This document shows positions 25,921-33,487 of a stretch of DNA of 36,085 bases, piece by piece. Below the pieces are notes generated by a model. That model had not been told where the DNA came from. It saw nothing but the letters and a program-made list of their open reading frames with translations, and searched no databases. Numbering within the stretch: position 1 is the stretch's first letter; each line of letters begins with the position of its first letter. Origin of the DNA: Vicinamibacterales bacterium (lineage in GTDB: Bacteria; Acidobacteriota; Vicinamibacteria; Vicinamibacterales; CAVVIG01); contig DASQHH010000604.1 of NCBI GenBank assembly GCA_035632195.1, forward strand, positions 1 to 36,085, given 5' to 3'. The position numbers and the translations under genes are program-made.

Positions 25921-27282
25921 GTGTCCGTTCAAACCGTCGCCACCTGCCGGCTGTCGGCGATCCTGTCGGGACTCTCATACGCCCTGGACCTGACCGAAGG
26001 CCATCCACAGGGTCACGCCTCGCGCAGTTGTCTCATCGGCATGCGGATCGGCCGCGCGCTCGGCCTGCCACCGGGCGATCTCTCGAACCTCTTTTACGCG
26101 CTCCTGCTGAAGGACGCCGGCTGCTCGAGCAATTCCGCACGCGTCTTTCAGCTGTTCGGGGGCAACGATCAGTCCGCGAAGCGGGGTGCGTGGCTCCGCG
26201 ACTGGCGCAAGCTGCGCGAACAGCTCGCCTACGTCCTCGACTATGCCGAGCCGCAGGGCAAGCTGTTCGAACGCGTCCGCCGTTTCGCCGTGCTCGCGGC
26301 CAAAGGGCCGGCCAGCCGGCGCGGGCTCTTCGAGGTCCGCTGCGAGCGCGGCGCGGAGATCGCTCGGACGCTCGGCTTTTCGAAAGAGACGTCGCAGGCG
26401 ATCCGATCGATGGACGAGCATTGGGACGGCGGCGGCTATCCCGACGGCCTGAAACACCAGCAGATCTCGATTCTGGCCCGCATCGTCGGCCTCGCGCAGG
26501 TCGTGGAGATTTTCGCGAGCGAGGAGGGCGCGGCGCGCGCGGTGATCGTCGCGAAGCAGCGGCGCGGCAGCTGGTTCGATCCCGAGGTGGTCGACGCCTT
26601 CGTCGGCACGTCGAGCCATCCCAGGCTCTGGGAGGAATGCCGCGGACCGGGACTCGACGAAACCGTCGCGAAGTCAGAACCGGAAGGACGGGAGATCATC
26701 GCGGACGAGGGGCGGTTGAACGACATCGCGGCGGCGTTCTCGTGGGTCATCGACGCGAAGTCGCCGTACACGTATCACCATTCAGATCGAGTCGCGGAGT
26801 TCGCGGTCGGCATCGGTCGCCGGCTCGGTCTCAAGGATGCCGACACGACCCGGCTCCGGCGGGCGGCGCTGCTGCACGACATCGGCAAGCTGAGCGTGCC
26901 GAACCGGATTCTCGACAAGCCAGGCAGGCTGACGCCGAAGGAATGGGAAATCGTCAAGCTGCATCCCTATTACACGCACCAGATCCTCCAGCGCGTGCCG
27001 GTATTCGGCGAGCTGGCGTTCGACGCGAGCGCGCACCACGAGCGGATGGACGGTCGGGGCTACTTTCGCAACCTGGCCGGCGACATGCTTTCGACGCAGG
27101 CGCGGATTCTGGCGTGCGCCGACCAGCTCGACGCCCTGTCCGCGGAGCGGCCGTACCGAGGCAAGCTGCCGCGCGAAAGAGTCCTGGCGATCATGCGCGA
27201 GGAGCGCGGCACCGGCCTCTGGCCCGAAGCAGTGGACGTCGTCGAGCAGGTGCTGACCCCGGGACCCCGGACGGGAAACTGA
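25921..27282 (+). CDS. tandem HD-GYP domain protein (putative c-di-GMP phosphodiesterase or effector)
   Basis: The second module has canonical LLHDIGK and HHERMDGRGYF. The first module has LLKDAGC in place of HD, but EHWDGGGYPDGL. GTG start. 453 aa. Confidence 0.85.
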   Translation: MSVQTVATCRLSAILSGLSYALDLTEGHPQGHASRSCLIGMRIGRALGLPPGDLSNLFYALLLKDAGCSSNSARVFQLFGGNDQSAKRGAWLRDWRKLREQLAYVLDYAEPQGKLFERVRRFAVLAAKGPASRRGLFEVRCERGAEIARTLGFSKETSQAIRSMDEHWDGGGYPDGLKHQQISILARIVGLAQVVEIFASEEGAARAVIVAKQRRGSWFDPEVVDAFVGTSSHPRLWEECRGPGLDETVAKSEPEGREIIADEGRLNDIAAAFSWVIDAKSPYTYHHSDRVAEFAVGIGRRLGLKDADTTRLRRAALLHDIGKLSVPNRILDKPGRLTPKEWEIVKLHPYYTHQILQRVPVFGELAFDASAHHERMDGRGYFRNLAGDMLSTQARILACADQLDALSAERPYRGKLPRERVLAIMREERGTGLWPEAVDVVEQVLTPGPRTGN

Positions 27283-27283
27283 C

Positions 27284-28267
27284 ATGCCGCCGATCAAACG
27301 CACCAAGTTCAAGCTGAGCCACGAGCAGCTGCTCGAAATGTTCCAGTGGCTGAAGCTGATTCGCGCCTTTGACCTGCGGCTCAGCGTCCTCGTCAAGCAG
27401 GGGAAGGTCCGCAGCGGCGTCTACACCGGCATCGGCCAGGAAGCGATCATCGTCGGCACCTGCTACGGCCTTCGCAAGGAGGACTACATCTGCCCGCTGC
27501 ACCGCGACCTCGGATCCTTCCTGATGAAGGGTGTCGAGGCGCGGACGATGATGTCGCAGATGTTCGCGAAAACGACCGGCCTGTCAAAGGGAAGGGACTC
27601 GGCGTTGCACAGCGGCGTGCCCGAGCTCGGCATCTTCGGGAACACCAGCATGCTCGGCGCCAATCTGCCTGTCGCGGCCGGTCTCGCGCTGACGTTCAAG
27701 ATGGAGAAGAGCGACAACGTCGTCATCGCGTACTTCGGCGAGGGAGCCAGCAACGTCGGCGACTTTCACGAGGCGCTGAATTTCGCGGGCGTGCAGCAGC
27801 TGCCGGTCGTCTTCATCTGCGAGAACAACCAGTACGCGTACTCGGTGCCGATCGAAAAGAGCATGGCCATCGACGACGTCGCCGATCGCGCACACGGCTA
27901 CGGCTTCGACGGCGTCGCGATCAACGGGAACGACGTGCTGGCGGTCTATCAGGCGACGCAGGGCGCGCTCGCGCGCGCGCGTGCCGGCGACGGCCCGACG
28001 CTGATCGAGTGCAAGACGTACCGCTGGCACGGCCACTCCGAACACGACAAGGCGTTCTATCGCACGGACGAAGAGCTCGCGATGTGGAAGAGCCGCGACC
28101 CGATTCCTACATTCACCACCTACCTGCAAACGCAGCACATCCTGGACGACGAGCGCATCAAGGCCATCGACACGCAGGTGGAGCGCACGATCGACGAAGC
28201 CGTGGAGTTCGCGATGAACGCGCCGGACCCGAATCCGGGCGAGGCGGTGACGGATCTCTATGCCTGA
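27284..28267 (+). CDS. thiamine-diphosphate-dependent 2-oxoacid dehydrogenase E1 component, alpha subunit
   Basis: TPP-binding region VIAYFGEGASNVGDFHEALNFAGVQQLPVVFICENNQYA, and YRWHGHSEHD. The ATG lies 1 nt after the HD-GYP stop. Confidence 0.9.
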   Translation: MPPIKRTKFKLSHEQLLEMFQWLKLIRAFDLRLSVLVKQGKVRSGVYTGIGQEAIIVGTCYGLRKEDYICPLHRDLGSFLMKGVEARTMMSQMFAKTTGLSKGRDSALHSGVPELGIFGNTSMLGANLPVAAGLALTFKMEKSDNVVIAYFGEGASNVGDFHEALNFAGVQQLPVVFICENNQYAYSVPIEKSMAIDDVADRAHGYGFDGVAINGNDVLAVYQATQGALARARAGDGPTLIECKTYRWHGHSEHDKAFYRTDEELAMWKSRDPIPTFTTYLQTQHILDDERIKAIDTQVERTIDEAVEFAMNAPDPNPGEAVTDLYA

Positions 28268-29243
28268 AGCGGTCACCTATCTCGAGGCGATCCGGCAGGC
28301 GCTCGCCGAAGAGATGCGCCGCGACGGCAAGGTGTTCGTCCTCGGCGAGGACGTGGGCGTCTATGGCGGCGCATTCGGCGTCACGCAGGGACTCTTCGAG
28401 GAGTTCGGCGAAGCCCGCGTCGTCGACACGCCCATTTCCGAGTCGGCGATCGTCGGCATCAGCATCGGCGCCGCGCTGCGCGGGTACCGGCCCGTGGCCG
28501 AAATGCAGTTCGCCGACTTCATTTCGTGCGGCTTCGACCAGATCGTCAACCAGGCGGCGACGCTGCGCTATCGCTACGGCGGCCGGGCCGCGTGTCCAAT
28601 CGTCGTCCGGGCGCCGAGCGGCGGCAACGTCAGCGGCGGACTGTACCACTCGCAGAATCCCGAAGCGTGGTTCGTGCATCGGCCGGGCCTCAAGGTCGTG
28701 GCGCCGTCGGATGCGTACGACGCCAAGGGCCTGCTGAAAGCCGCGATCCGCGACGACAATCCCGTGATCTACTTCGAACACAAGTATCTGTATCGGCGCG
28801 CAAAGGGACCCGTCCCGGACGGCGACGAGATCGTGCCGATTGGCGTCGCGGCGACGCGGCGCGAAGGACGGCACGCAACGCTGCTGACCTACGGCGCGAT
28901 GGTCACGCCGTCGCTCGAAGCGGCTGACGCCATGGCGAAGGAGGGCGTCGAGGTCGAGGTGATCGATCTGCGGACGCTGCTGCCGTTCGACAAGGACGCG
29001 ATTTTCCGATCGATCGACAAGACGAGCCGCGCCGTGATCGTGCACGAGGACGTAAAGACGCTGGGGATTGGCGCCGAGCTGTCCGCCGTGATCATGGAGG
29101 AACGCTTCACCGCGCTCGACGCGCCCGTGCTGCGCGTCACATACCCGGACACGCACGCTCCGTTCGCGCAGGGACTCGAACAGGCCAACCTTCCCAATAC
29201 CGCGAAGATCGTCGCCGCGCTCAGGACGCTCGCCGCGTACTGA
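28260..29243 (+). CDS. 2-oxoacid dehydrogenase E1 component, beta subunit
   Basis: VLGEDVGVYGGAFGVTQGL...RVVDTPISESAIVG...EMQFADF are typical of the E1 beta / transketolase pyrimidine-binding domain. 8-nt overlap with the alpha gene. Confidence 0.9.
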   Translation: MPEAVTYLEAIRQALAEEMRRDGKVFVLGEDVGVYGGAFGVTQGLFEEFGEARVVDTPISESAIVGISIGAALRGYRPVAEMQFADFISCGFDQIVNQAATLRYRYGGRAACPIVVRAPSGGNVSGGLYHSQNPEAWFVHRPGLKVVAPSDAYDAKGLLKAAIRDDNPVIYFEHKYLYRRAKGPVPDGDEIVPIGVAATRREGRHATLLTYGAMVTPSLEAADAMAKEGVEVEVIDLRTLLPFDKDAIFRSIDKTSRAVIVHEDVKTLGIGAELSAVIMEERFTALDAPVLRVTYPDTHAPFAQGLEQANLPNTAKIVAALRTLAAY

Positions 29244-30150
29244 AGATCGCGCTCAAGGCGTCGTCGAGCCGTGAATACGAGAAGGTGAATCCGAGGCGCT
29301 GCGCCTGTGCCGGCACGGCGCGCTGCCCTGAAAGCAGGAGCGCGTCCGCCATTTCGCCAAGCAGCAGCCGAAGCGCAAACGCGGGCGCCGGCAGAAACGC
29401 AGGGCGATGGAGGGCACGGCCGAGCGCCTGCGCGAAGGAGCGGTTGGTTTCCGGCGTCGGCGCCGTGACGTCGATTGGGCCGTTGACCGCCGTCGTTGCG
29501 ATCGCCCACTCGACCATCGCGATCCAGTCCGCACGGTGAATCCAGGGCCAGTACTGCCGTCCCGAGCCGACCGGGCCGCCCGCGCCGAACCAGAACGGCG
29601 GCAGCATCTGCGGCAGCGCCCCGCCGTCCCGCTCGAGCACAAGGCCCGTCCGGATGCATACGACGCGGCACCGATCGGCCGCGCGAGCCGCTTCGGCCTC
29701 CCACGCGGCGCAGACGTTCGCGAGGAAATCGCCGCCCGGCCGCGCCGTCTCGTCGACGATCTCGTCGCCGAGCGGTCCGTAGTAGCCGACCGCAGAGCCG
29801 CTGACGAAGACGCGCGGCGGCGTTCGCGCATTCGCGATCGCCGCGACGAGGCTTCGCGTGGCGTTCACGCGGCTGTCCAGAATCTTCGCCTTCTGTGCCG
29901 CCGTCCATCGGCGTCCGGCGATGGACTCGCCCGCCAGATTGACGACGGCATCCGCGCCGTCAACCACCGAGGCCCATGCGCCGGCGCTTCCGTCCGGCAG
30001 CCATGCCACCTGCAACGGCTGGCCGCTCGCCGGCGCGCCGTGCGAGTCGGCTGATCGAGACAATAGGGTCACGTGATGGCCGTGTGCGGCGAGCGACGCC
30101 GCGAGCGGGCGGCCCAGAAATCCGGTTCCACCGGCGATCACTGTTCGCAT
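29221..30150 (-). CDS. TIGR01777 / YfcH-like epimerase family protein (atypical SDR with DUF1731 C-terminus)
   Basis: VIAGGTGFLGRPL Rossmann motif from ATG 30150. VVNLAGESIAGRRWT and GSGRQYWPWIH blocks are typical of this family. Confidence 0.85.
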   Translation of the reverse strand: MRTVIAGGTGFLGRPLAASLAAHGHHVTLLSRSADSHGAPASGQPLQVAWLPDGSAGAWASVVDGADAVVNLAGESIAGRRWTAAQKAKILDSRVNATRSLVAAIANARTPPRVFVSGSAVGYYGPLGDEIVDETARPGGDFLANVCAAWEAEAARAADRCRVVCIRTGLVLERDGGALPQMLPPFWFGAGGPVGSGRQYWPWIHRADWIAMVEWAIATTAVNGPIDVTAPTPETNRSFAQALGRALHRPAFLPAPAFALRLLLGEMADALLLSGQRAVPAQAQRLGFTFSYSRLDDALSAIFSTRRAS

Positions 30151-30220
30151 GCTGGGATCAACACCGGCTGCTTGTGAATTATTCCGCAAGCGCGACCCGA
30201 GCCGCGCCGGCTCAGCGGCG

Positions 30221-31393
30221 TCAGAACGTCTGCCGCGCCACCCACTCGCGGAACAGCGAATCGACGACCGCGTATCGACTGCCGTCGCGCACCACCATAT
30301 CGTCGCGCACGAGCGCGCCGAGCGCCGCCTGCACCGTCGATGGTCCGCCGAGCCGGAATCGCGCGCGGACGTCCGCCGACAGCATTTCGCGGCCGTCCTC
30401 GACGACGACGGCGCGAAGCACCGCGCGCTGCGCGAGCGTGAGACGCTCCCACAGCGCCTCGAAGATCGCCTGCTGCTCGATCAGAAGACGCTTGAGGGCG
30501 CGATGCAGATCGTCGAGCGTCGCCCGCCGGCGCCCGCGCTGCGCGCGCACTTCGTCCCAGGTTTCGTGGGCGAGGCGCTGCACGTCGTACGGCAGATTCC
30601 CCGCCAGCTCGACGATCGCCGCGCCCAGCCCCTCCTCGGGCCGCATGCCGGAACGGCGGAACCGCCGGTCGATGAACGCGGCGAATTCGTCCGCGGGAAT
30701 CTTGTCGAGGCGCATCACCGGCCCCGCCTTGTAGAACGGCCGCCGGGCGCCGAGCATCCGCTCCATGAGGCTGGGCTCGGAGCCCGCGAAGACGTAGCCG
30801 ACGCTGCGCTGATGCTGTACCGCCGCGCGTAGCGCGTGTTCGACCGACCCGCCGTTGAAGCCGCCGATGGCCTGGAATTCGTCGAGCGCAATGACGATGC
30901 GCCGGCTGCGCGTCTCGGCGAGGCGTCCCGGCAGCGCGAAGACCTCTTCGGCGAGCCGCGCGACGTCGCGGTCGCTGCGGACGCCCGGGAACGACACCGA
31001 CACCGTGCCGCTGCCGGGCGTCCGGAGCGCCGGGTCGGGCGCGTAGCGAATCTCGGCCCGGGCCGATCGGATGGCTTCGCGGAGCCACGAGCGTGCGCGT
31101 TCCCACGCCGTCTCGGCGGTCATCAGCGCCCGCGCGTAGCCCTCGAGAAACGCAACGTACGAGCTGAAGCTGCTGACGGTGACGTCCACGGTCAGCGTGC
31201 CGCGGCGGCGGAGCGCGGAGAGGGCGTGGCGGATGAGCGACGACTTGCCGTACCGGCGCGGAGAGATGAGAAAGACCTTCTGCGCCGCGTGCAGGTCGCG
31301 GACGAGCCGGTCGAGCTCGACGGTTCGGTCGACGAACGCCGCGGCCGGCACGACCTCGCCGTAGACGAAGGGGTTGTCCGTTACGTCGAACAT
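30221..31393 (-). CDS. AAA-type ATPase of the archaeal-ATPase (PF01637-like) family with a C-terminal winged-helix (DUF234-like) region
   Basis: N-terminal PFVYGEVVPAAAFVDRTVEL, Walker A SPRRYGKSS, Walker B RIVIALDEFQ, and a C-terminal LTLAQRAVLRAV... wHTH-like tail. Confidence 0.8.
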   Translation of the reverse strand: MFDVTDNPFVYGEVVPAAAFVDRTVELDRLVRDLHAAQKVFLISPRRYGKSSLIRHALSALRRRGTLTVDVTVSSFSSYVAFLEGYARALMTAETAWERARSWLREAIRSARAEIRYAPDPALRTPGSGTVSVSFPGVRSDRDVARLAEEVFALPGRLAETRSRRIVIALDEFQAIGGFNGGSVEHALRAAVQHQRSVGYVFAGSEPSLMERMLGARRPFYKAGPVMRLDKIPADEFAAFIDRRFRRSGMRPEEGLGAAIVELAGNLPYDVQRLAHETWDEVRAQRGRRRATLDDLHRALKRLLIEQQAIFEALWERLTLAQRAVLRAVVVEDGREMLSADVRARFRLGGPSTVQAALGALVRDDMVVRDGSRYAVVDSLFREWVARQTF

Positions 31394-31421
31394 CGTAACG
31401 GTTACGTATTATAGCGTAATG
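31394..31421 (-). promoter_or_regulatory. AT-rich 28-bp spacer with a consensus TATAAT and a CGTAAC/GTTACG palindrome (candidate promoter plus operator of the ATPase gene)
   Basis: On the minus strand, TATAAT (31413-31408) lies 14 nt upstream of ATG 31393. The palindrome CGTAAC-G-GTTACG (31394-31406) fills that interval. Confidence 0.35.
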
Positions 31422-32660
31422 TCAGTAGTATCTGCGGGGTAGGTCGACGATCACGCGCCGCCGGGCCAGGTCCGCCAGCGCCGGCGGTACGGTCCCCTGC
31501 GACATCGCGTCCAGGGCCGCGCGCTCGACTGTGACGTCGTCGGGCAGGTATCGCCTGCACGCGCCGTATTCCTGCTCGTAGTCGTCCGATGGGAAGCGCA
31601 GCCGCAGGCGCACGCGGCTGCCGGCGGGTTCGGCGGCGTAGAGCGGATTGACGCGGAGCTCGCCGGACACGGGCTTCGGCGGAAGCGCATGCCGGCCGAA
31701 GACGCCCGGATGATGCGTCGCGACCACCGTTAGCGCCGGCGCGGCGTCGAGCGTGGCCTTGCCGTCCAGGCGCGAGAGGTCCAGCGGGCCTCCGGCGACG
31801 ACGTCCTCGAACAGGCCGCCCTCCGCGAACACGCGCGGCGGGAGCGATTCGAAGAGATCGACGTAGCCCTCCGGCGAGAGCGGCTGCCCGTGCGACGGCG
31901 TCCACGTCCGCTCGTTGTGCGTGTGTCCGATCACCACGGCGCCGCGAGCGGGGTCCACGAGTCTCGTCATCTCGCCGACGAACTGGCGCTTGGTCCAGAT
32001 GTACATGAACGCGTCGGTGCACATGGCGTAGCCGAACGCGTCGCGCGCGAAAGGGAACGGCGAGTTGCCGTCGCAGCAGACCGGTTCGCAGCCCGCGGCC
32101 GTGAACCGGCGCGCCAGCCACACCTTCGCGAAATACAGGTCCGCGAGCACGACCGGCTCGGTCGACAGGTCGAGCAGCGTGCGCGTGAGGTGGCCCGAGC
32201 CGCCGCAGATGTCGATCGCGCGGTCGCCCCTCGCCAGCACGGTGCCGGCGACGGCGCGGACGACCGCTTCGGCGACGATGAACGTGGGGTCCGAGAAGCG
32301 GTACAAGAAGTAGCCGCCCTCGAAGTTCGGTCCGAGCGCGTCGACGGTTTCCCGGTACGTCGCGTGAGGCGACGCGGCTACGGCGTCGAAGGCCGCGGCG
32401 TCAGCTTCCGACTCGAGACCGAACATCGTGCGCCGCGCAAGATCGGGACGGCCTGCCTGGACCTGATCCCGCGCCACCGTCGCCGCGGGCTGGAGGTGGA
32501 GCACCGGAATCCCGTCGACGACAGGGAAGATGCAGCAATGGCAGCCGAGGATGCCGTCCTGGATCTCGCTGGCTTCGCGGCGATGAAAGAGCGACTCGAC
32601 CAGCTCGAGGCGTCCGCCGCAATAGGGGCATCGCAGGATTCCGAGCGTGGAGAGGCGCAT
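31422..32660 (-). CDS. class I SAM-dependent methyltransferase with an N-terminal Trm112-like zinc ribbon and an unassigned C-terminal ~150 aa
   Basis: LRCPYCGGRLE...LGCHCCIFPVVDGIPVL (four-Cys ribbon). SAM motif I AIDICGGSGHLT. ATG 32660 shares one base with the upstream stop. The track extension to 33389 is rejected. Confidence 0.8.
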   Translation of the reverse strand: MRLSTLGILRCPYCGGRLELVESLFHRREASEIQDGILGCHCCIFPVVDGIPVLHLQPAATVARDQVQAGRPDLARRTMFGLESEADAAAFDAVAASPHATYRETVDALGPNFEGGYFLYRFSDPTFIVAEAVVRAVAGTVLARGDRAIDICGGSGHLTRTLLDLSTEPVVLADLYFAKVWLARRFTAAGCEPVCCDGNSPFPFARDAFGYAMCTDAFMYIWTKRQFVGEMTRLVDPARGAVVIGHTHNERTWTPSHGQPLSPEGYVDLFESLPPRVFAEGGLFEDVVAGGPLDLSRLDGKATLDAAPALTVVATHHPGVFGRHALPPKPVSGELRVNPLYAAEPAGSRVRLRLRFPSDDYEQEYGACRRYLPDDVTVERAALDAMSQGTVPPALADLARRRVIVDLPRRYY

Positions 32661-33487
32661 CAGGGCGCCGTCACGGGATCGCCGAACTCCTCGAGCACAC
32701 CGTTGCCGGCGGCGGCGAGCGGCGACCGCCGGAAGTACTCGACGCCGAGCCAGCGGCGCGCCACCTCGTCGTCGATCCACGCGATCGGATTGTTCGTCCC
32801 CATCTGCGTCCGGTGGCAGCGCAGGGCGGCGAGCTTGCGAGGAATCCATTCGCGGACGTCGATCGAAAACGTCGGCGGCGCCGCGGAATCGCCGAACGCG
32901 TCCGGCTCGATCCCCCAGAAGCTCGAGTCGGACGGCGCTCCGCCCTTCGCGTGGGCGGCGTCGACGACTTCGCGCATGACGCCTTTCGGCATCGTGACGT
33001 AGTAGAGCGGGGGAGCGTCGTCGCCGAGGGACTTCACCGCGGTATACGTGCGCTCGTGCACGCCGATGTGATCGAGGTGCCAGTACAGACCGTCCTCGGC
33101 GAACGTGATGACCGCGTCCGGCCGGTACCGCTGCAGCGCGGCGACGATCTCCGCGTGGAACTCCGGCACGTTCGCCCAGCGCAGATCGCCGTCGGGATGA
33201 TCTTCCTGGATTACTTCGGCGACGCCGAGGACGGCGGCCGCTCGCCCGAGCTCGTCGGCGCGGACCCGTCCGAGGTCGCCGTCGGGCACGAGCGCCGGAT
33301 CGCTGATCGATCCGGATTCGCCCTTCGATCCGCAGAGCAGCACCACGCGGACGCCCGCGTCGGCAAGGCGCGCCAGCGTGCCGCCGCACGCGAGCGATTC
33401 GTCGTCGGGATGGGCGAAGACGGCCAGCACCGTCCGCGGTGCCGCCGCTGCGGCGTCGGGCGGACGTTCAGCCCCGCTGTCGGACAC
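32660..33487 (-). CDS. PIG-L / LmbE family zinc deacetylase (MshB/BshB-like)
   Basis: VLAVFAHPDDESLACGGT and YWHLDHIGVH zinc-ligand motifs. The GTG start is preceded by GGAGG (33498-33494) with a 6-nt spacer. Confidence 0.9.
   Translation of the reverse strand: MSDSGAERPPDAAAAAPRTVLAVFAHPDDESLACGGTLARLADAGVRVVLLCGSKGESGSISDPALVPDGDLGRVRADELGRAAAVLGVAEVIQEDHPDGDLRWANVPEFHAEIVAALQRYRPDAVITFAEDGLYWHLDHIGVHERTYTAVKSLGDDAPPLYYVTMPKGVMREVVDAAHAKGGAPSDSSFWGIEPDAFGDSAAPPTFSIDVREWIPRKLAALRCHRTQMGTNNPIAWIDDEVARRWLGVEYFRRSPLAAAGNGVLEEFGDPVTAP

Noticed and set aside
32661-33389. Upstream extensions that make the track ORFs 31422-33389 (655 aa), 33468-35561 (697 aa), 17862-19997 (711 aa), 24246-25904 (552 aa), 2259-5036 (925 aa) and 5250-7097 (615 aa) look like giant fusion proteins
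   Set aside because: The extensions run through the preceding gene in another frame and are low-complexity. Internal starts with SD sequences, start/stop overlaps, signal peptides or family-typical N-termini give normal-sized proteins.
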